The notes under the pieces are model-generated. The model made no database searches and was not told the origin of the DNA. It saw only the letters and a program-made list of their open reading frames with translations. Made by a program: the position numbers and the translations under genes. A DNA stretch of 64,000 nt from an uncultured Pelagibacteraceae bacterium (lineage in GTDB: Bacteria > Pseudomonadota > Alphaproteobacteria > Pelagibacterales > Pelagibacteraceae). Numbering within the stretch: the first letter of the stretch is position 1; every line of letters begins with the position of its first letter. Below, piece by piece: positions 11,062-24,100 of this stretch. The stretch is from the NCBI GenBank assembly GCA_902571375.1, contig CACGBP010000002.1:113986-177985 (forward strand), given 5' to 3'.

Positions 11062-11900
11062 TATTTAGTGTCCTTTCTTTTGTTTCTTCTTTTAACGATA
11101 AATTTATCAGTTCTCTTATTATCTCTAGTTTTTAAACCTTTTGCAGATTGACCAGTCGGTGAAACTGGGTGTCTACCTCCAGCTGATTTACCTTCACCAC
11201 CACCATGAGGGTGATCTACAGGGTTTTTAACAACTCCTCTTGTATGCGGTCTTCTACCCAACCATCTTGATCTTCCTGCTTTACCGATTTTAATATTTTT
11301 TTGGTCTGGATTGCTTAAAACACCAATAGTTGCTAAAGATCTTGAATCAATTTTTCTTACCTCTCCTGAAGCTAATTTAATTAAGCTATAGTTTCCATCT
11401 ATTCCACTAATTATTACTGAAGCACCGGCAGATCTAGCTATTTTACCACCACCACCTGGTTGAATTTCAACATTATGAATATTAATACCTACTGGAATAT
11501 CTTGAAGTGGCATACAATTACCAACTTTAATTTCTTTTTTAGCACCATTTTCTATTTTATCACCAACTTTAATTTTTTGAGGTGCCAGATAATAAGCATG
11601 AGAATTGTCCTCAAATTTAACTAGCATGATGTAGCATGACCTGTTTGGATCATATTCAATTCTTTCAACTATTGCAGGCATATCAAATTTTTTCCTATAA
11701 AAATCTACATGACGGTACATCTTTTTATGTCCTCCTGCTCTATTTATAGAAGTTATATGACCATTATTATTTCTACCTTTCATGGCATTTTTAGGTGAAA
11801 CTAAACTTTTAAATGGTTTTCCTTTCCAAAGACCAGTTCTATCAACTAGAATTGTCCCTCTAGTAGATTTCGTATATGGTTTAAACGTTTTTAATGCCAT
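11061..11900 (-). CDS. rplB: 50S ribosomal protein L2
   Basis: [20 protein letters not shown]. Confidence 0.99.
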   Translation of the reverse strand: MALKTFKPYTKSTRGTILVDRTGLWKGKPFKSLVSPKNAMKGRNNNGHITSINRAGGHKKMYRHVDFYRKKFDMPAIVERIEYDPNRSCYIMLVKFEDNSHAYYLAPQKIKVGDKIENGAKKEIKVGNCMPLQDIPVGINIHNVEIQPGGGGKIARSAGASVIISGIDGNYSLIKLASGEVRKIDSRSLATIGVLSNPDQKNIKIGKAGRSRWLGRRPHTRGVVKNPVDHPHGGGEGKSAGGRHPVSPTGQSAKGLKTRDNKRTDKFIVKRRNKRKDTK

Positions 11901-11901
11901 T

Positions 11902-12195
11902 CTAAATTCCTGTTGTTAAGTCAATACTTTGACCTTTTTTCAAAGTAATTATAGCTTTTTTATAACCAGAAACTTTTACTTTTCTACCTCTGGTAAATTT
12001 TGTTCTGTTCTGTTTGTTAATAATATTTATTTTTGTAACATTAACCTTAAATATTTTTTCTATATTGCTTTTCAAATTTTTTTTGTTTGCTCTTGATGGT
12101 ACTTTGAATACAATTTTATTTTGTTCAGATAAATTAGTAGACTTTTCAGTAACCAAAGGAGATAAAATTTTATCATATAAATGAATCTTATCCAT
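11902..12195 (-). CDS. rplW: 50S ribosomal protein L23
   Basis: P.VTEKST, KKAIITL. Confidence 0.97.
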   Translation of the reverse strand: MDKIHLYDKILSPLVTEKSTNLSEQNKIVFKVPSRANKKNLKSNIEKIFKVNVTKINIINKQNRTKFTRGRKVKVSGYKKAIITLKKGQSIDLTTGI

Positions 12196-12818
12196 TATGC
12201 ATACCTCTTCTCAAGTTCTTTAATGGAACTTTCCGTGAATACTAGCTTTTCAAATTTTACAATATCGAAAGCACTAAAATGATTGATATCTGTAACTTTA
12301 ATATTAGGAATATTTCTTATTGATTTCTCAATATTTTCTTTTGATAATTTATCTAATATCATTAATGAATTTTTAAATTCAAATTTTTTCACAATTGCGT
12401 TCATTTCTTTTGTTTTTTTAATTTCAGAATTAAAATCGCTAAATATAAGAAGACTTTTATTTATATTTTTTTCACTAATAAGAGATGCTATACTACTTTT
12501 TTTCTCACTTTTATTTAACTTTCTTGTTTTATAGGCTAATTGACCTTTAGGTCCATGTGCAATACCTCCACCAACAAATATTGGTGCTTTTCTACTTGCA
12601 TGTCTTGCATTACCAGTTCCTTTTTGAGCGTATATTTTTGAAGTAGGTCCTGAAACTTCATTTTGCTGTTTTGTTTTCGCATGTCTTCCCTTGTAATTAG
12701 CATTTGTCTTATACAAGACATTGCTTACAAGCCTATTGTTAATTTTTGCAGAAAAAATTTTATCTAAAACTTCAATTGAACTTTTTTTTCCGTCTAAATT
12801 TAATTTTTCAATTTTCAT
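12195..12818 (-). CDS. rplD: 50S ribosomal protein L4
   Basis: QKGTGNARH, FVGGG.AHGPK. Confidence 0.97.
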   Translation of the reverse strand: MKIEKLNLDGKKSSIEVLDKIFSAKINNRLVSNVLYKTNANYKGRHAKTKQQNEVSGPTSKIYAQKGTGNARHASRKAPIFVGGGIAHGPKGQLAYKTRKLNKSEKKSSIASLISEKNINKSLLIFSDFNSEIKKTKEMNAIVKKFEFKNSLMILDKLSKENIEKSIRNIPNIKVTDINHFSAFDIVKFEKLVFTESSIKELEKRYA

Positions 12819-13528
12819 TATTTTTTCTTCTTTTCTGGGGTTTTCTTAGCCTCTTCAGCTAAATTAATTTTTTCTAAAATCGTTGATTTATTAATATTTT
12901 TTACTGATTTTTTAACCATAACTTCTGTATTTTTGGATCCTGGTATTGATCCTTTTAAATATAATAATTCATTTTCTAAATCTGTTTTGATAATTTCAAT
13001 ATTTTGCATAGTTCTTAATTTATCACCCATGTGACCTGCCATTTTTTTTCCTTTAAATACTTTACCCGGGTCTTGTCTTTGACCAGTTGAACCATGTGAT
13101 CTATGAGATATAGAAACTCCATGAGTTGCTCTCAAACCACCAAAATTATGTCTTTTCATTGCACCAGCAAATCCTTTTCCAATAGTTTTAGATCTTGTAT
13201 CTACAAATTTAATATCTTTAAAAATCTCCAATCCAAACTCATTTCCCTCTTTATAATTTTCTATATTTGAAACTCTAAATTCTTTTAATTTCTTTTTGGC
13301 TTCTGTGCTTTTTTTGGCAAAATAGCCTTTCATTGCTTTTGTCAATTTTGAATTCTTTATTTTACCATAGCCTAACTGTACTGCAGTATAACCTCTTTTA
13401 TCTTTATCTATTACTTGTATAACCCTCGCTTTTTCCATTTTTAATACAGTTACGGGAACTAATTGACCAGATTTATAAAATTCTCTTGTCATTCCTATTT
13501 TTTTTCCTATCAAAGCAATTTCACTCAT
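12818..13528 (-). CDS. rplC: 50S ribosomal protein L3
   Basis: GKKIGMT, GKGFAG.MKRHNF, PGKVFKGKKMAGHMG. Confidence 0.98.
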   Translation of the reverse strand: MSEIALIGKKIGMTREFYKSGQLVPVTVLKMEKARVIQVIDKDKRGYTAVQLGYGKIKNSKLTKAMKGYFAKKSTEAKKKLKEFRVSNIENYKEGNEFGLEIFKDIKFVDTRSKTIGKGFAGAMKRHNFGGLRATHGVSISHRSHGSTGQRQDPGKVFKGKKMAGHMGDKLRTMQNIEIIKTDLENELLYLKGSIPGSKNTEVMVKKSVKNINKSTILEKINLAEEAKKTPEKKKK

Positions 13529-13530
13529 AA

Positions 13531-13839
13531 TTATATCTTTATTTCTACATCTACACCTGAAGCTAAATCTAATTTCATCAAGGCCTCTACTGTTTGTGGT
13601 GTGGGTTCAATTATATCAATTAATCTTTTGTGAGTTCTTGACTCAAATTGTTCTCTACTTTTTTTATCTATATGTGGAGATCTTAAAACTGTATATCTTT
13701 CAATTCTAGTGGGTAAAGGTATTGGTCCTTTAATAGTTGCACCTGTTCTTTTGACGGTATTTACTATTTCTTCTGTTGAAGCATCTAAAATTTTATTATC
13801 GTATGCTCTAAGTTTGATTCTTATATTTTGTTTTTCCAT
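13531..13839 (-). CDS. rpsJ: 30S ribosomal protein S10
   Basis: [27 protein letters not shown]; start set at ATG 13839, 1 nt after fusA stop. Confidence 0.98.
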   Translation of the reverse strand: MEKQNIRIKLRAYDNKILDASTEEIVNTVKRTGATIKGPIPLPTRIERYTVLRSPHIDKKSREQFESRTHKRLIDIIEPTPQTVEALMKLDLASGVDVEIKI

Positions 13840-13840
13840 T

Positions 13841-15919
13841 TTATCCTGCAATCTTTTTAGTTACTTCATCTTGAACATTTTGTGGAACTTTTGAGTAATG
13901 ATCAAAGAACATCGAATATTGTGCTCTACCTTGTGACATTGATCTTAAACTGTTTATATAACCAAACATGTTGGCTAAAGGCACCATTGCGGTAATTACA
14001 GTAGCATTACCTCTTTGCTCTTGGGTACTTATTTGACCTCTTCTGCTATTTAAATCTCCAATTACATCACCCATATAGTCTTCAGGTGTTACTACTTCGA
14101 CTCTCATAATTGGTTCTAAAAGCTTTAAGCCTCCTTGAGTGCAAGCTTCCTTAAAACATGCTCTGCTGGCAAGTTCGAATGCTAAAACACTTGAGTCTAC
14201 ATCATGATGCAATCCATCAACTATAGTAACCTTATAATCAATCAATGGAAAGCCTGCCAAAATACCACTATCAGAAACTGTTTCTATACCTTTCTCTACA
14301 CCAGGTATAAACTCTTTAGGTATCGCACCGCCTTTAATCGCACTTTCAACATCTCTTCCTTTTCCTGGCTCTTGAGGTTCAACAAAAAGTTTTACTTTTG
14401 CAAACTGTCCTGCACCACCACTTTGTTTTTTATGGATGTATTCAAATTCAGCAGATTTTTCTATTGTTTCTCTGTATGCAACTTGTGGAGCTCCAATATT
14501 AGCTTCAACTTTAAATTCTCTTTTCATTCTATCGACTATTATATCTAAATGTAGCTCACCCATTCCCTTAATGATTGTTTGACCAGACTCCTCATCTGAA
14601 GAAACTCTAAAAGACGGATCTTCTTTAGCTAATCTTGCTAACGCTTCACCCATTTTTTCTTGGTCACCTTTTGTTTTTGGTTCAACAGCAATTTCAATTA
14701 CTGGATCAGGAAATTCCATTGGTTCAAGTAAAACAGCATTTTCTTCATCACATAAAGTATGACCAGTAATAGTGTTTTTTAAACCTGCTAAAGCAACTAT
14801 ATCACCAGCATTAGCCTCTTTAATGTCTTCTCTAGAGTTAGCATGCATCAAAAGCATCCGTCCAACTCTCTCCTCTTTTTCTTTAGATGAGTTATATATT
14901 CCTGTACCAGATTTTATTGTTCCAGAATAAACTCTTATAAAAGTTAAAGATCCTACAAATGGATCATTTGCAACTTTAAAAGCTAATGCTGAAAAAGGTG
15001 CCTTATCATCAAATTTCATTTCCATCACATCTTCAGAGCCGACTTTAGTGCCTTTAATTAATCCAATATCAACAGGGCTAGGTAAATAATTAACGACAGC
15101 ATCTAACAAAGGTTGAACACCTTTGTTTTTAAACGCTGAGCCAGTTAAAACTGGTACAAAATCAAAATTTAAAGTTCCTTTTCTAATACATTTAATTAAA
15201 TCTTCTTCTTTAATCTCATCACCATTTAAATAGGCTTCCATTAATTTCTCATCTTGTTCTACAGCCATTTCAACAAGTTCTGTTCTATACTTTTGAGAAA
15301 TTTCTTTTAAATCGTCTGGAATATCTTTGTATTCCCATTCAGCACCAAGAGCTTCGTTCTTCCACACTTGAGCTTTCATTTTAACAAGATCTACAACTCC
15401 AGATAAAGAAGCTTCAATACCTATCGGAACTTGAATTACCAATGGTTTAGCTCCTAATCTATCTTTAATCATATCAACACATCTAAAAAAATCAGCACCA
15501 GTTCTATCTAGTTTATTTACAAAACAAATTCTTGGTACTTTATATTTATCTGCTTGCCTCCAAACAGTTTCAGATTGAGGCTCAACACCAGCAACACCAT
15601 CAAAAACAGCAACTGCTCCATCTAATACTTTTAAGGATCTTTCAACTTCAATTGTAAAGTCTACATGACCTGGTGTATCAATAATATTAATTCTGTGATC
15701 TTGCCAAAAACAAGTTGTAGCTGCAGAAGTAATTGTTATACCTCTTTCTTGCTCTTGCTCCATCCAGTCCATGGTTGCTGCACCATCGTGCACTTCACCA
15801 ATTTTGTGACTTTTTCCAGTGTAGTATAAAATTCTTTCGGTTGTGGTAGTTTTTCCTGCATCTATATGAGCCATGATCCCAATGTTTCTGTATTTGTCTA
15901 ATGTATGAGTTCTAGGCAT
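13841..15919 (-). CDS. fusA: Elongation factor G
   Basis: [26 protein letters not shown]; 692 aa. Confidence 0.99.
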   Translation of the reverse strand: MPRTHTLDKYRNIGIMAHIDAGKTTTTERILYYTGKSHKIGEVHDGAATMDWMEQEQERGITITSAATTCFWQDHRINIIDTPGHVDFTIEVERSLKVLDGAVAVFDGVAGVEPQSETVWRQADKYKVPRICFVNKLDRTGADFFRCVDMIKDRLGAKPLVIQVPIGIEASLSGVVDLVKMKAQVWKNEALGAEWEYKDIPDDLKEISQKYRTELVEMAVEQDEKLMEAYLNGDEIKEEDLIKCIRKGTLNFDFVPVLTGSAFKNKGVQPLLDAVVNYLPSPVDIGLIKGTKVGSEDVMEMKFDDKAPFSALAFKVANDPFVGSLTFIRVYSGTIKSGTGIYNSSKEKEERVGRMLLMHANSREDIKEANAGDIVALAGLKNTITGHTLCDEENAVLLEPMEFPDPVIEIAVEPKTKGDQEKMGEALARLAKEDPSFRVSSDEESGQTIIKGMGELHLDIIVDRMKREFKVEANIGAPQVAYRETIEKSAEFEYIHKKQSGGAGQFAKVKLFVEPQEPGKGRDVESAIKGGAIPKEFIPGVEKGIETVSDSGILAGFPLIDYKVTIVDGLHHDVDSSVLAFELASRACFKEACTQGGLKLLEPIMRVEVVTPEDYMGDVIGDLNSRRGQISTQEQRGNATVITAMVPLANMFGYINSLRSMSQGRAQYSMFFDHYSKVPQNVQDEVTKKIAG

Positions 15920-15925
15920 AAATAA

Positions 15926-16396
15926 TTACCATCTAAAATGTGCGAAGGCTTTATTAGACTCTGCCATTTTATGCACATCCTCTCTTTTTTTAACTGCTGC
16001 ACCTTTTTTTTCGTAAGCATCGTAAAGTTCATTAAAAATTTTGTCAGACATATGTTTGTCTTTTCTTTTTCTTGCAGAATCAACTAACCATCTAATTGCC
16101 AAAGCCTGAGCTCTTTTACTCTTAACTTCAACTGGTACCTGGTAAGTTGCGCCACCTACTCTTCGAGATCTTACTTCTACAGTAGGTTTAATATTATTTA
16201 TTGCCTCATTAAAAATGTTAATTGGCTCATCTTTTGATTTTGTTTTAATTTTATCAATTGCATCATAAACAATCTTAGCAGCAACTCCTCTTTTTCCATC
16301 GTACATTATATTGTTTATTAATTTAGGAATAATTGTTGAATTATATTTTGGATCTGGAACAATATTTTTTTTAGGTTGTGTTTTTTTCCTAGACAT
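15926..16396 (-). CDS. rpsG: 30S ribosomal protein S7
   Basis: RRVGGATYQVP, HKMAE.N.AFAHFRW. Confidence 0.99.
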   Translation of the reverse strand: MSRKKTQPKKNIVPDPKYNSTIIPKLINNIMYDGKRGVAAKIVYDAIDKIKTKSKDEPINIFNEAINNIKPTVEVRSRRVGGATYQVPVEVKSKRAQALAIRWLVDSARKRKDKHMSDKIFNELYDAYEKKGAAVKKREDVHKMAESNKAFAHFRW

Positions 16397-16398
16397 TT

Positions 16399-16770
16399 CT
16401 ATTTACCTTTTTTAGTTCCATATAGAGATCTTCTTTTTTTTCTATTAGCCACACCCTGTGTATCTAGGTTTCCCCTAAGAATATGATATCTCACTCCAGG
16501 TAGATCCTTTACTCTTCCACCCCTTATTAAGACAACAGAGTGTTCTTGAAGATTGTGACCTTCACCAGGTATATAAGCTGTAACCTCAAATCCATTTGAT
16601 AATCTAACTCTTGCAACTTTTCTTAAAGCAGAATTTGGTTTTTTTGGAGTTGTCGTATAAACTTTTACACACACACCTCTTTTTAAAGGTTGTTTTTGGA
16701 GAGCGGGAACTTTGTTCCTGTTAATTTGTTTAACTCTTTTTTTTTTCAACAATTGGTTTATTGTCGGCAT
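16399..16770 (-). CDS. rpsL: 30S ribosomal protein S12
   Basis: [30 protein letters not shown]. Confidence 0.99.
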   Translation of the reverse strand: MPTINQLLKKKRVKQINRNKVPALQKQPLKRGVCVKVYTTTPKKPNSALRKVARVRLSNGFEVTAYIPGEGHNLQEHSVVLIRGGRVKDLPGVRYHILRGNLDTQGVANRKKRRSLYGTKKGK

Positions 16771-16877
16771 AAAATTTTTATAAATGTTAATTAATTTTTG
16801 AATGAAATAACTGACAGGTTATTCATGGCAGCGTTTAGTACCTAAACTAGTACTACATTCCAACCAAAAACATGGCC
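16771..16877 (-). promoter_or_regulatory. Structured rpsL 5' leader (candidate r-protein autoregulatory RNA)
   Basis: GC-richer than flanks; hairpins GTTTAG/CTAAAC and ATGAATAAC/GTTATTTCAT; competing TAGTAC/GTACTA pairing. Confidence 0.6.
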
Positions 16878-16905
16878 AAAATACTAATTAATTTGATTTT
16901 GTCAA
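16878..16905 (-). promoter_or_regulatory. Putative sigma70 promoter of the str-S10-spc run
   Basis: TTGACA-N16-TATTTT between rpoC and rpsL. Confidence 0.55.
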
Positions 16906-16934
16906 ACTAAAACTAGAAAGCGAATACGTTTTTT

Positions 16935-19900
16935 TTATTGATTTACTTGAGTTTCTGATGGCTCTATTTTCTCTTGTTCTGAAAGAAATTTATTGTCGTC
17001 CTCGATAGCTTTTTTGTTCCATTTATTCTTAATATTGCCTGTGCCTGCTGGAACTAATCTTCCAACTATAACGTTTTCTTTTAAGCCATTCAAAGGATCA
17101 ACTTTGCCTTTAATTGCTGCATCTGTTAACACTCTTGTTGTCTCTTGAAAAGAAGCGGCAGATATAAATGACTCTGTTTGTAGGGAAGCTTTAGTTATAC
17201 CCATTAATACTCTTTCGCCGATCGCCGGTGTTTTTCCCTCATTTTTAAGTTTTTCATTAACTGTTTCAAATTTTATTCTTTCAACAATTTCGCCTGGTAG
17301 ATATTGTGAGTCTCCTGAAGTTTTAACTTCAACTTTTTTGAGCATTTGTCTTAGGATTGTTTCAATGTGCTTATCATTTATAACTACACCTTGTAATCTA
17401 TAAACCTCTTGTACTTGATTCACAAAATATTCAGTAAGATCTTTTATTCCAAGTATTCTTAAAATGTCATGAGGTAAAGGTTGACCATCTAATAAATATT
17501 CACCTTTTTTTATTTTTTCACCTTGATTGAAGTTTATATGTTTGCCTTTAGGTATTAAATAATTAGAAGGTTCAGCACCATCCTCAGGAACAATTGATAC
17601 TCTTTGTTTACCTCTTACCTCTTTTCCAAAAACAACTTGACCATCATTTTCTGCTATTATAGCGCTATCTTTAGCTTTTCTTGCTTCAAATAATTCAGCA
17701 ACTCTAGGTAATCCTCCTGTAATATCTTTTGTTTTCGTAGTTTCTTTTGGTAATCTCGCAATTACGTCACCAGCTGAAACTTTTTGACCATCCTTAACAG
17801 ATAATATTGAGTCTGGGACCAAATAATATCTTGCTTCATTGTCATCTGCTTTTTTTATTACATTACCCTTTTCATCTCTCAATGTAATTCTTGGTTTCAA
17901 ATCGGTATTTTTTGACTGTGATCTCCAATCGATTACGGATTTTGAAGAAATTCCAGTGGCATCATCTGTTGTTTCTTGTATTGATACTCCATCAATCAAA
18001 TCGACAAAACTAGCTACACCACTTTTTTCAGCAATCACAGGTGTTGTGTATGGATCCCATTCACTAATTTTCGTATTAGCTTTTATTTTATCACCATTTT
18101 TGAAGAAAAGTTTTGAACCATAAGCAACTTTATAAATTGCAATTTGAACACCATTGTCATCTTCTATTGAAAGCTGTGTATTTCTTCCCATCACAATTAA
18201 ATTTTTCTTTGAGTCTTCTAAAATATTGGAATTAATTATTTTTAGTGTTCCTTCATTTTTTGAAATTATTTGGGAATCTTGTTTAACAGAGGCAGTTCCA
18301 CCTACATGGAAAGTTCTCATTGTTAATTGCGTGCCTGGTTCTCCAATTGATTGTGCAGATATCATCCCTATAGCTTCTCCCACATGCACCATTTTTCCTC
18401 TTGATAAATCTCTACCATAACAAGTTGCGCAAACACCCTCTTTTGAACCACAAGTCATCACTGAAAAAACTTTTATTGATTTTATTCCTGCAGCATCAAT
18501 TTGATCACAAGCTCCTTCGTCTATCATTTTAGTTTTATTAATTATTATCTCACCAGTTAATGGATGTTTTACATCTGCAGCAGTCACTCTACCTAAAGCT
18601 CTTTCAGATAAGCTAACAACTACATTACCACCCTCTAAAATTTCAGATAACTCTATAAATCCTGGATTATCACATTTGACTTTTGTAATAGTTAAATCTT
18701 GTGCAACATCACATAATCTTCTTGTTAGGTATCCCGAACTTGCTGTTTTTAAAGCAGTATCAGCAAGACCTTTTCTAGCTCCGTGGGTAGAATTGAAGTA
18801 TTCAAGAGCTGTTAAACCTTCTTTAAAGTTTGAAATAATCGGACTTTCAATAATTTCACCTGATGGTTTAGCAATTAGACCTCTCATTCCTGCTAATTGT
18901 TTCATTTGAGCAGCGGATCCTCTCGCTCCACTATCTGCCATCATGAACACTGAATTTATTTTTAATCCTTCAGATGTTTTTTCAGTAGCAGAAATACCTT
19001 TCATCATTTCTCCCGCAACCTTGTCTGTACATTTAGACCACGCATCCACAACTTTATTGTATTTTTCTCCTCTTGTAATCAAACCCTCAGCATATTGCGT
19101 TTCATAATCTGTGATTAATTTTTTTGTATCATCAATTAATTTTGTTTTATTAGAAGGAATCACTAAATCATCTTTTCCAAATGAAATTCCTGCTTTAAAT
19201 GCATGTTTGAAACCTAAATCTTTTAATTTATCACAAAAAATTACTGTTGTCTTTTGTCCACAAAATCTAAAGACTATGTCTATAATTTCTGAAACAGTTT
19301 TTTTAGGTAAAAGCCTATCTACTAATGAGAATTTAATATCCTTGTTTTTTGGTAATAAATTAGCTAATAAAAATCTTCCTGCTGTTGATGTATATTTTTC
19401 AAATTTTTTATTTCCATCATCATCAATGGTTTCAAATCTAGAAATAATTGTACTATGAACCTTAATTTGACCTGAAGATAAGGCAAATTCAATTTGATCT
19501 GAGTTTAAAAAGTAACCAACAGGTTTTTCGTTGATAGGTTCTTGAGATAAATAATAGATACCTAAAATCATATCTTGACTTGGAACAATAATTGGTTTTC
19601 CATTAGATGGAGATAAAATATTATTTGTTGATAACATTAAAATTCTAGCTTCTAATTGAGCCTCTAAACTTAAAGGAACATGAACAGCCATTTGATCACC
19701 ATCAAAATCAGCATTAAAGGCAGCACAAGTTAATGGATGCAATTCAATAGCATCACCTTCAATTAATTTAGGTTCAAAAGCTTGAACTCCAAGACGATGT
19801 AATGTTGGAGCTCTATTTAATAACACAGGATGTTCTCTTACAATTAACTCAAGTGCATCCCAAACAGCATTTGTTTCTTTTTCAACTAATTTTTTAGCTT

Positions 19901-21098
19901 GTTTAATTGTTGATGCTAGTCCTAATTTATTTAATCTTGCGTATAAAAAAGGTTTAAAAAGTTCAAGAGCCATTTTTTTCGGCAAACCACACTCATGTAA
20001 CTTAAGATCAGGACCAACTACAATCACTGAACGACCAGAATAATCAACCCTTTTACCTAATAAATTTTGTCTAAATCTTCCTTGTTTTCCTTTTAGCATT
20101 TCTGCTAATGATTTTAATGGTCTCTTACCAGTGCCAGTAATTACTCGACCACGTCTACCATTATCGAATAAAGCATCTACTGACTCTTGTAGCATACGTT
20201 TTTCATTTCTTACAATTATATCTGGAGCTTTAAGATCCATTAATCTTTTTAATCGATTATTTCTATTTATGACTCTTCTGTATAAATCGTTTAGATCTGA
20301 AGTTGCAAATCTTCCACCATCAAGAGGAACTAAGGGTCTTAATTCTGGTGGTATAACTGGAACAACTGTTAAAATCATCCATTCAGGTTTTTGACCAGTT
20401 TCAATAAATGACTCTATTAATTTCAATCTTTTGATAGCTCTTTCTTCATTCACTTTTGATTTTGTTTCTTTAATGTAACTAGCTAAATTTTTTCTCTCTA
20501 ATTCAAGGTCTAAATTTTTTAACATTTCAAGAACTGCTTCTGCTCCAATACCTGCAGTAAAAGCCTCTTCACCAAATTCATCTTGATATTTTGCCAATTC
20601 TTCTTCATTTAAAAGTTGATTTTTCTGTAAACCTGTTAAACCTGGTTCCACAACAATAAAATTTTCAAAATATAAAACTCTCTCTATTTCTTTAAGCTTC
20701 ATATCTACAGCAAGGGCAATTCTACTTGGTAGAGATTTCAAAAACCATATATGAGCAACAGGTGTCGCAAGATTTATGTGACCCATTCTTTCACGTCTTA
20801 CATTTGATTTTGTAACTTCTACACCACATTTCTCACATATAATTCCTCTAAATTTCATTCTTTTGTATTTCCCACACAAACACTCATAATCTTTAATTGG
20901 TCCAAAAATTCTTGCACAAAAAAGACCATCTTTCTCTGGTCTAAAAGTTCGATAATTAATGGTTTCTGGTTTTTTAATTTCTCCATAAGTCCATGATTTA
21001 ATTTTTTCAGGACTAGCTAATGATATCTTAATACTATTAAAATTTTGAGCATCAGAAATTTCAGTATTTTTAAATAAATCTGTTAATTCTTTTTTCAT
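16935..21098 (-). CDS. rpoC: RNA polymerase beta' subunit
   Basis: [12 protein letters not shown] catalytic motif; N-terminal Zn finger CLCGKY...CEKC. Confidence 0.99.
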   Translation of the reverse strand: MKKELTDLFKNTEISDAQNFNSIKISLASPEKIKSWTYGEIKKPETINYRTFRPEKDGLFCARIFGPIKDYECLCGKYKRMKFRGIICEKCGVEVTKSNVRRERMGHINLATPVAHIWFLKSLPSRIALAVDMKLKEIERVLYFENFIVVEPGLTGLQKNQLLNEEELAKYQDEFGEEAFTAGIGAEAVLEMLKNLDLELERKNLASYIKETKSKVNEERAIKRLKLIESFIETGQKPEWMILTVVPVIPPELRPLVPLDGGRFATSDLNDLYRRVINRNNRLKRLMDLKAPDIIVRNEKRMLQESVDALFDNGRRGRVITGTGKRPLKSLAEMLKGKQGRFRQNLLGKRVDYSGRSVIVVGPDLKLHECGLPKKMALELFKPFLYARLNKLGLASTIKQAKKLVEKETNAVWDALELIVREHPVLLNRAPTLHRLGVQAFEPKLIEGDAIELHPLTCAAFNADFDGDQMAVHVPLSLEAQLEARILMLSTNNILSPSNGKPIIVPSQDMILGIYYLSQEPINEKPVGYFLNSDQIEFALSSGQIKVHSTIISRFETIDDDGNKKFEKYTSTAGRFLLANLLPKNKDIKFSLVDRLLPKKTVSEIIDIVFRFCGQKTTVIFCDKLKDLGFKHAFKAGISFGKDDLVIPSNKTKLIDDTKKLITDYETQYAEGLITRGEKYNKVVDAWSKCTDKVAGEMMKGISATEKTSEGLKINSVFMMADSGARGSAAQMKQLAGMRGLIAKPSGEIIESPIISNFKEGLTALEYFNSTHGARKGLADTALKTASSGYLTRRLCDVAQDLTITKVKCDNPGFIELSEILEGGNVVVSLSERALGRVTAADVKHPLTGEIIINKTKMIDEGACDQIDAAGIKSIKVFSVMTCGSKEGVCATCYGRDLSRGKMVHVGEAIGMISAQSIGEPGTQLTMRTFHVGGTASVKQDSQIISKNEGTLKIINSNILEDSKKNLIVMGRNTQLSIEDDNGVQIAIYKVAYGSKLFFKNGDKIKANTKISEWDPYTTPVIAEKSGVASFVDLIDGVSIQETTDDATGISSKSVIDWRSQSKNTDLKPRITLRDEKGNVIKKADDNEARYYLVPDSILSVKDGQKVSAGDVIARLPKETTKTKDITGGLPRVAELFEARKAKDSAIIAENDGQVVFGKEVRGKQRVSIVPEDGAEPSNYLIPKGKHINFNQGEKIKKGEYLLDGQPLPHDILRILGIKDLTEYFVNQVQEVYRLQGVVINDKHIETILRQMLKKVEVKTSGDSQYLPGEIVERIKFETVNEKLKNEGKTPAIGERVLMGITKASLQTESFISAASFQETTRVLTDAAIKGKVDPLNGLKENVIVGRLVPAGTGNIKNKWNKKAIEDDNKFLSEQEKIEPSETQVNQ

Positions 21099-21100
21099 AA

Positions 21101-24100
21101 TTAATTTAACTCCACATTAAGTGCTAAAGATTTTATTTCTTTAACCAAAACGTTAAATGACTCTGGTATACCAGATTCAAAATTCTCTTCCCCTTTAACA
21201 ATCGTTTCATAAACTTTAACTCTACCGGCTACATCATCTGATTTAACAGTTAAAATTTCTTGTAAAGTATAAGATGCTCCATAAGCTTCTAGGGCCCAGA
21301 CTTCCATTTCTCCAAATCTTTGTCCTCCAAGCTGGGCTTTACCACCCAATGGCTGTTGTGTTACTAGACTGTATGGTCCAGTAGACCTAGCATGAATCTT
21401 ATCTTCTACTAAATGATGAAGTTTTAGCATATAAATAATTCCTACCGTCACTGGTCTATCAAACCTTTCTCCTGTTCTACCATCCCATAAAAAAGTCTGG
21501 CCCGAACCCGGTAATTGAGCTAATTCTAACATTTCAGTTACATTTTTTTCTTTAGCTCCATCAAAAACTGGAGTTGAAATCGCTATTCCATTTTGAAGAT
21601 TTTCACATAAATCTACAAATTCAGTTTTACTAAGTTTATCTACTTTATCATTATAGATTTCTTCACCATAAACTGATTTTAAAAAATCAGCTACTTTTTG
21701 AGTTTTTTCAATCTTTTTATTATTTTCATTAATAAGATTTTTTACTTGCTCCCCAAATTCTTTGCAAGCCCAACCTAGATGAGTTTCTAAAATCTGACCA
21801 ACATTCATCCTGCTTGGAACTCCCAATGGATTTAAAACAATGTCAACTGGTCTACCATCCTCTCTGTACGGCATATCTTCAACAGGAACTATCTTACTGA
21901 CAACACCTTTGTTTCCATGTCTTCCTGACATTTTATCTCCAGGTCTCAATCTTCTTTTGATTGCAACAAAAACTTTCACCATTTTCATTACACTTGGTAA
22001 AAGATCATCTCCACTTCTAATCTTTAAAACTTTATCCTCAAACCTCTCTGTTATATCAAGTTTAGCTTTGTTATATTGGTCTTTTAGTTGGTCTAGAGCA
22101 GATGTATTTTTGGAGTCTCCTGGATTAATCTTAAAAATTTCATTTATTGAAATTTGATAAATGTTTTGAGAATCTATTTTTGTTCCCTCTTTTAAGTCTT
22201 TTATCTTTTTTGATAAAGATACTCCTGATAAAATTTGTGCAGCTCGTTGTTTGATGCTTCTTTCTAAAATTTCCTCTTCTACAATTTTGTCCTGTTGAAC
22301 CTGTTCAATTTCTGCTCTTTCAATCGTAATTGATCTCTCATCTTTTTCAATCCCATGTCTATTAAACACTCTTACATCAACAACTGTTCCGCTGCTTCCT
22401 CTTGACATTCTTAAAGATGTATCAGTCACATCAATAGCCTTTTCCCCAAATATAGATCTTAAAAGTTTCTCTTCCGGACCAGATGCAGAATCTCCTTTTG
22501 GAGTAACTTTTCCAACTAGAATATCCCCTGCATTAACCTCAGCACCAATATAAACAATTCCTGATTCATCTAAATTTTTTAAGGCTTCTTCATTAACATT
22601 AGGAATATCCCTAGTAATTTCTTCTTCTCCTAGTTTTGTATCTCTAGCCATAATTTCATATTCAACTATATGCACAGAAGTAAAAACATCATCAGTAACA
22701 CATCTTTCTGAAATTAAAATTGAATCTTCAAAATTATATCCTTGCCATGGCATAAACGCTACAGTCACATTTTTACCAAGTGCTAATTCTCCTAATTTAG
22801 TTGAAGGACCATCAGCTATGATATCTCCAGATTTTACTTTATCACCAACTCTAACTAAAGGTTTTTGATTTATGCAGGTATTTTGGTTTGATCTTTTAAA
22901 CTTTTGAAGATTGTAAATATCAACTCCTGATTTAGTATAATCTATTTCTTCAGTAACTTTAATTACAATTCTTTTTCCATCAATTTTGTCAACTACTCCA
23001 TCTCTTTTTGCTACAATTGTAACGCCAGAATCCAAAGCAACATCACTTTCTATTCCTGTTCCAACCAAAGGAGACTCTGGTTTTAAAAGAGGCACAGCTT
23101 GCCTCATCATATTTGAACCCATTAATGCTCTGTTTGCATCATCATTTTCCAAAAATGGAATTAAAGAAGCAGCAACTGAAACAAGCTGTTTAGGAGAAAC
23201 ATCAATGTAATCTATTGTTTCAGGTTTTGACAATAAGAAATTTAAATTTTGTCTACAAGATACTAATTCTTCGACAATTTTACCATTTTTATCAATTTGA
23301 GTATTTGCTTGTGCTATAGTGTATTTAGTTTCTTCCATTGCAGACAAATATTCAACTTTATCTTGAACAACACCGTCTTTTACTCTTTTGTAAGGACTTT
23401 CTATAAATCCATATTTATTAATTTTAGCATAAGTTGATAAACTATTAATTAATCCGATATTAGGACCCTCCGGTGTTTCAATTGGGCAAATTCTACCATA
23501 GTGAGTAGGATGAACATCTCTAACCTCAAACCCAGCTCTTTCTCTTGTTAATCCTCCAGGACCTAAAGCTGAAACTCTTCTTTTGTGAGTGATTTCTGAT
23601 AGAGGGTTAGTTTGATCCATAAATTGAGATAATTGTGAACTAGCAAAAAAATCTTTTAAAGAAACTGTTAAAGGTTTTGCGTTAATTAAATCTTGTGGCA
23701 TAGCAGACTCAACATCTAATGTAGTCATTTTTTCTTTAATTGCTCTCTCCATTCTATAAACACCAATACGAGCTTGGTTTTCTACGAGCTCACCAACTGA
23801 TCTAACTCTTCTATTGCCAAGATGATCAATGTCATCTACTTCATCCTTACCATCTCTCAAGTCGAGCATTTTATGAATAATAGCTATTATGTCATCATTT
23901 CTTAAAATTGTAATTTTATCAGAACATTCAAGATTAAGCCTTGAGTTCATTTTAACACGTCCTACATCAGATAAGTCATATCTATCTGAGCTAAAAAATA
24001 AATTATTAAAAATTTGTGTTGCAATTTCGATTGTTGGTGGCTCACCTGGTCTTAACATTTTATAAATTTCAGTTATAGCTTCATCTTTAGTATTATTTTT

